Positions 60,298 to 64,000 of a stretch of 64,000 nucleotides of DNA are shown in pieces (position 1 is the first letter of the stretch; every line of letters begins with the position of its first letter). The stretch comes from Histomonas meleagridis 2922-C6/04-290x (Eukaryota > Protista > Parabasalia), in assembly GCA_020184695.1 (NCBI GenBank), contig JAANOX010000244.1:62001-126000 (forward strand), given 5' to 3'. Under the pieces are notes generated by a model that saw only the letters and a list, made by a program, of their open reading frames with translations, was not told where the DNA came from and searched no databases. The position numbers were made by a program, and so were the translations under genes.

Positions 60298-60699
60298 ATG
60301 CCAGCTAAGAAAGGTGTTAAGAAAACAGCTACAAAAACAGCAGTTGATGGAGAACGTGCTCATCCAAAGACAAGATCAAGTCGTGCAGGACTTCAATTCC
60401 CAGTAGGTCGTCTTCATCGTTTCCTTCGTGAAGGTCGTTATGGTGACCGTGTTGGTGCAGGTGCTCCAGTATTCATGGCAGCAGTTCTTGAATATCTTAC
60501 AGTCGAAGTTCTTGAACTTGCCGGAAATGCAGCTCGTGATAACAAGAAGACAAGAATTTCACCACGTCACATAATGCTTGCTATTCGTAATGATGAAGAA
60601 TTGAATCAACTTCTTTCTAATATTACAATTGCATCTGCAGGTGTTATTCCACATATTCACAAGGTTCTTCTCGGACAAACCAAGAAGAAGGAAGAGTAA
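60298..60699 (+). CDS. H2A: Histone H2A (divergently paired with H2B)
   Basis: [51 protein letters not shown]. Confidence 0.97.
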   Translation: MPAKKGVKKTATKTAVDGERAHPKTRSSRAGLQFPVGRLHRFLREGRYGDRVGAGAPVFMAAVLEYLTVEVLELAGNAARDNKKTRISPRHIMLAIRNDEELNQLLSNITIASAGVIPHIHKVLLGQTKKKEE

Positions 60700-61033
60700 T
60701 TATTATTTGTAAACTCTACTTTCAAGGAATTTGGTTTTATTGAAATAATAGAAAAAAATAATTTTGATCAAAAACATTTTAAAGTTTTCGTCACCTTAAA
60801 AAATTTCTGGATTTATAACTGCATTGCTGAGTAAGCAAATTGTCAATGATTATTTTCTTAACATGGTATCTTATTTCATAATAATGAAAAAAATTTATAA
60901 ACTGCTTGCTGTTAAAATTACTACTCAGGAGCAAATTTGTAAGATGTTACACTCAATGTACATGAATATTTAATAATAATATGAATATATGTATTTTATC
61001 ATAATTTCGTCAACTTAAACCAAAAGTGAAACT

Positions 61034-62494
61034 ATGTATTTACTGACTAAAGTCATTTGGTTAACAATATTAGATAAACATATTTCCTCAAAAACAGCTC
61101 AATACATCCCAACATCAAAAGGTTATGTGACCGCTTTACATAGCAAAATATTGGTCAACGGACCGAACCAGAAAATGAAAAATGGAGCCAAAAATCTTGA
61201 TTATGGTCCATCCGTTAATGATTTTTCAGATGTAGATCCGCAAGTTGACCCACGACATTCATATCAATTCGAAGATCCAATTTCTCAAGTTATAAATTCA
61301 ATGAATATCCCATTTCTTTCATATGCTGCTGGGTATTCATCAACGCCACCTGATTCTGTTCATGGTAAAAATGTTGAAATGTGGACTCTTAATCAAATCT
61401 ATCAACTTCGATCAGATCTGATTACTTTAAGTATTTTAATGGACAAAGAAAACGACAGTATTCGTGAACAAATTCGTCTAGGTTTTGAATCAATTTCAAC
61501 GTCACTTGAAGAAAGTGAAAGTCAAGAAAGTTTTCGAATTGATCCCATCTCATATCATACCCGTCAATCACCAGATCCTCGATATACATCTATATCTCGA
61601 CCCGCCACTCCACTTACACGCTCTACCAGTTCCATTATGAAAAATCATTCTGAGTTAACCAAATACAAACCCAATTCCACTCGACGTAGTACCAATCAAC
61701 AGAACAAATCCATGTCTCGTGACACCATCTGGTGTAATGTTGACATGTTTCTTCATCCCATTGATAAACTTGGTCCAATTGAACATTATTTAGAAGAATC
61801 CAAATCCATATCAGACAAACAATGGCTAACGGAACCACTTGGCCAGCATTATTCCTATACAATTACACGGCATCCAGGTTACACAAGTGATCCATCCAAA
61901 GAAAAACTGATTGTTCCATCTCCGCCAAGTTCTACTTCCTGTAAATCGGAAGTTTCCACATATCTTCATAGTCGTCTAATATCAGCAGTAGTACCACTTT
62001 TAAGGAGCACTGATAATGACGCCGATGAAGAAGAAGAAGAAAACAGCGAAATTGTTCATCTTGAAGAGCAAACACCGAACACAAGTTCATTGATAAAAGA
62101 AATACAATATGCGGAAACTAAAATAACGCAACCTGCGGAAACAGATTTTTGTTCTTATGGACAGTTAAGCGTGAATGAGAAGTTAGTAATGGAATTGAAA
62201 TATGTCGGAATAGAGTTGGGCGATGGGTTTGAGCCTTCTGATGATAGTCCTTTGCTGAAAGAAATGGCGAACTTGTTTAGCCAAGAAGAGGCAATACTTA
62301 AGGAGACAAATAAATGGAAGAAATTGGTTAAGGATTACTTGGTAAAGAAAAAAGATATTATCGAAGAAAGAAATAGGAAAAATAAGGAATGGAATGCACA
62401 TATTAACCATTTGCACCAGGAAGAAAAGGCAAAAAATCAGATAGAACATAAGAAACTGAGAAGCGCTAGAGCATTCTCGTCGGATTCAGATTAA
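61034..62494 (+). CDS. Ada3/NGG1-like histone acetyltransferase complex subunit
   Basis: IWCNVDMF, LGQHYS, LHSRLISAVV, LSVNEKLVMELKYVGI and DDSPLLKEM parallel Ada3 blocks. The true start is uncertain. Confidence 0.55.
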   Translation: MYLLTKVIWLTILDKHISSKTAQYIPTSKGYVTALHSKILVNGPNQKMKNGAKNLDYGPSVNDFSDVDPQVDPRHSYQFEDPISQVINSMNIPFLSYAAGYSSTPPDSVHGKNVEMWTLNQIYQLRSDLITLSILMDKENDSIREQIRLGFESISTSLEESESQESFRIDPISYHTRQSPDPRYTSISRPATPLTRSTSSIMKNHSELTKYKPNSTRRSTNQQNKSMSRDTIWCNVDMFLHPIDKLGPIEHYLEESKSISDKQWLTEPLGQHYSYTITRHPGYTSDPSKEKLIVPSPPSSTSCKSEVSTYLHSRLISAVVPLLRSTDNDADEEEEENSEIVHLEEQTPNTSSLIKEIQYAETKITQPAETDFCSYGQLSVNEKLVMELKYVGIELGDGFEPSDDSPLLKEMANLFSQEEAILKETNKWKKLVKDYLVKKKDIIEERNRKNKEWNAHINHLHQEEKAKNQIEHKKLRSARAFSSDSD

Positions 62495-63042
62495 TGCGTT
62501 TGTTGTTATTTAATAAAATATAAATATCGTTTTATGATTTTTTTCTATAATTATTGTTATGAAATTCGTAGTAAAGTAAGCACAGATAAATTATCTGTGT
62601 AATTTTAATGTTTAATATAACTTTTAGATGTAAATTAATATTAAAATATATTTTAATTTAAAAAAATACCTTAGATAAGGAAAAGTATATAGATACACAA
62701 GATAATTTATGGGAAAATTGAATTAGAAAGAGTGCTATTCCGTTTGTGTATTCTACATTCATATAACAAAGATGTGTTTATGGCTTTGAGCTTATTTTCA
62801 GAATTTATTTTCACATACTGTTGTTCTATTGTGGAAAAAATTTAATGTATTTTAGCTCATAAATAATATAATGATAAAAAATTATAAAAAATATATATTA
62901 AAGAGATAATACAAATGAAAGTTACCATAAAAAACAAAGAAAATAAAAATGATTTTGATTTTGAAAAATATTAATGATTAATCATTAAAGTTATCACGAA
63001 ATTTAAAATTAAAAAACGAATTATCAGAGTTAATTCGATTGT

Positions 63043-63585
63043 TTAGTTAGCCATTTCTTTATCCATGAACTTACGTGGAGCGAAGCAGATCCACCATTTA
63101 TCGGCTGTTCCATCCTTGAAAACAATATCAAGGAGACGGTTTGCAGTCTCGTTACGAACAACCTTGAAGAAAGCAAGAAGGTCTGCTTTTTCGGCATTGC
63201 TCTTTGGAGCTGTAACGAGAGATGCTAAGATGAAACCACCTTCACCAGGAATTGGGAAAGCGTTCATGCTCCAAGATTGAATTTCCTTTTGACACTTAGC
63301 CTTATCCTTTGGGTTCTTTGCGAAGAATTTAAGGCATTTCATAGCGAAGAAAGTAATGTAAATAAGAAGACGATCTGCGTCATTCTTAATCTTGAAATCA
63401 CGCATGAAAATGTTTGTACGGAAATGATAAAGAGCCTCATCTACAATATCGAAAGCAGGTGTAGTTTGTCTTTTTGAAGTATCACGGATTGGAAGAATTG
63501 GAATACCAGCAATAACAGGAGCACCAGTATTGACGAAAACGGAGTTCTTGGAGTCGGCAGCTGGTTCAGTTGGGAGTTTAGACAT
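63043..63585 (-). CDS. ARPC3: Arp2/3 complex subunit 3 (p21-Arc)
   Basis: DIVDEALYHFRTNIF...KNDADRLLIYIT, FPIPGEGGF, KWWICFAPRKFMDK. First ATG at 63585. Confidence 0.92.
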   Translation of the reverse strand: MSKLPTEPAADSKNSVFVNTGAPVIAGIPILPIRDTSKRQTTPAFDIVDEALYHFRTNIFMRDFKIKNDADRLLIYITFFAMKCLKFFAKNPKDKAKCQKEIQSWSMNAFPIPGEGGFILASLVTAPKSNAEKADLLAFFKVVRNETANRLLDIVFKDGTADKWWICFAPRKFMDKEMAN

Positions 63586-63736
63586 AAGTGGCACTTTTCA
63601 CTTATTGAATGAATTCAATGTCAAATCGCAGCCAATTGTCCCTAAAACCGATGACACTTTTACAGACGACACTTTTAACCGTTGAATAAAGAATTTAAAA
63701 GAGAAAATTTTTATGATTTCGATAATTAATTATCAT

Positions 63737-64000
63737 TCAACACTTGTTTTTCTTTTTGCTTGTGGCTTTTAAATCAATGTGCCTGGTGTTGCTTGGTTGT
63801 GTTTGACTTGCTGATTCAGCGATTAATTGCTTGGCAATCACTTTGAAGGCTTCTTCAATATTATAGGCCGTTTTGGCTGACGTCTCAATAAATTCCATCT
63901 TGAGGTTTTTGGCAAGTTCTCTGCCTTCGTCTGGAAAAACTTGTCGTTTTTCTTCCATATCACATTTATTCCCAACAAGAATTAAAGGGGCGTTCGGAAC
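63737..64000 (-). CDS. Rab-family small GTPase, 3' part (5' part outside the window)
   Basis: LILVGNKCD (G4), ETSAK (G5), basic tail ending KKKNKC. Confidence 0.88.
   Translation of the reverse strand, partial: VPNAPLILVGNKCDMEEKRQVFPDEGRELAKNLKMEFIETSAKTAYNIEEAFKVIAKQLIAESASQTQPSNTRHIDLKATSKKKNKC

Noticed and set aside
168-60699. Genome-wide TAA/TAG-to-Gln reassignment as in some other metamonads
   Set aside because: RPL18A, H2A, H2B, CCT7 and others terminate at TAA at the expected protein ends, and intact genes lack internal TAA.

Overview
AT-rich eukaryotic genomic DNA from a parabasalid protist (Trichomonas/Tritrichomonas-like). The assignment rests on BspA-like LRR surface proteins, DUF3447-type ankyrin genes, a transmembrane nucleotide cyclase, and trichomonad M3/M5 core-promoter motifs. 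About 30 compact, essentially intronless genes are present. Housekeeping genes include RPL18A, CCT7, PIG-V, TRAPPC8, a DEAD-box helicase, a TruA-family pseudouridine synthase, a divergent H2A/H2B pair, ARPC3, an Ada3-like gene and a Rab. There are also several BspA genes and pseudogenes and a decayed P-superfamily-like DNA transposon. Main discovery: three ankyrin loci that look like shattered pseudogenes (26976-31274 +, 36808-39366 -, fragment 14150-14550 +) are interrupted by about 96 U-rich spacers of exactly 17 nt (rarely 18). These start mostly RTT, lack GT-AG ends, and sit between single codons of the ankyrin D-x-x-G-x-T loop. Removing them by hand restores uninterrupted ORFs (about 1035-1041 aa and 744 aa) with textbook ankyrin linkers (KDKYGKTAL, TDNEGRTALH, IDNDGWTPLH). 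This implies a non-canonical micro-intron, RNA-processing or ribosome-hopping system. The mechanism is inferred, not shown.
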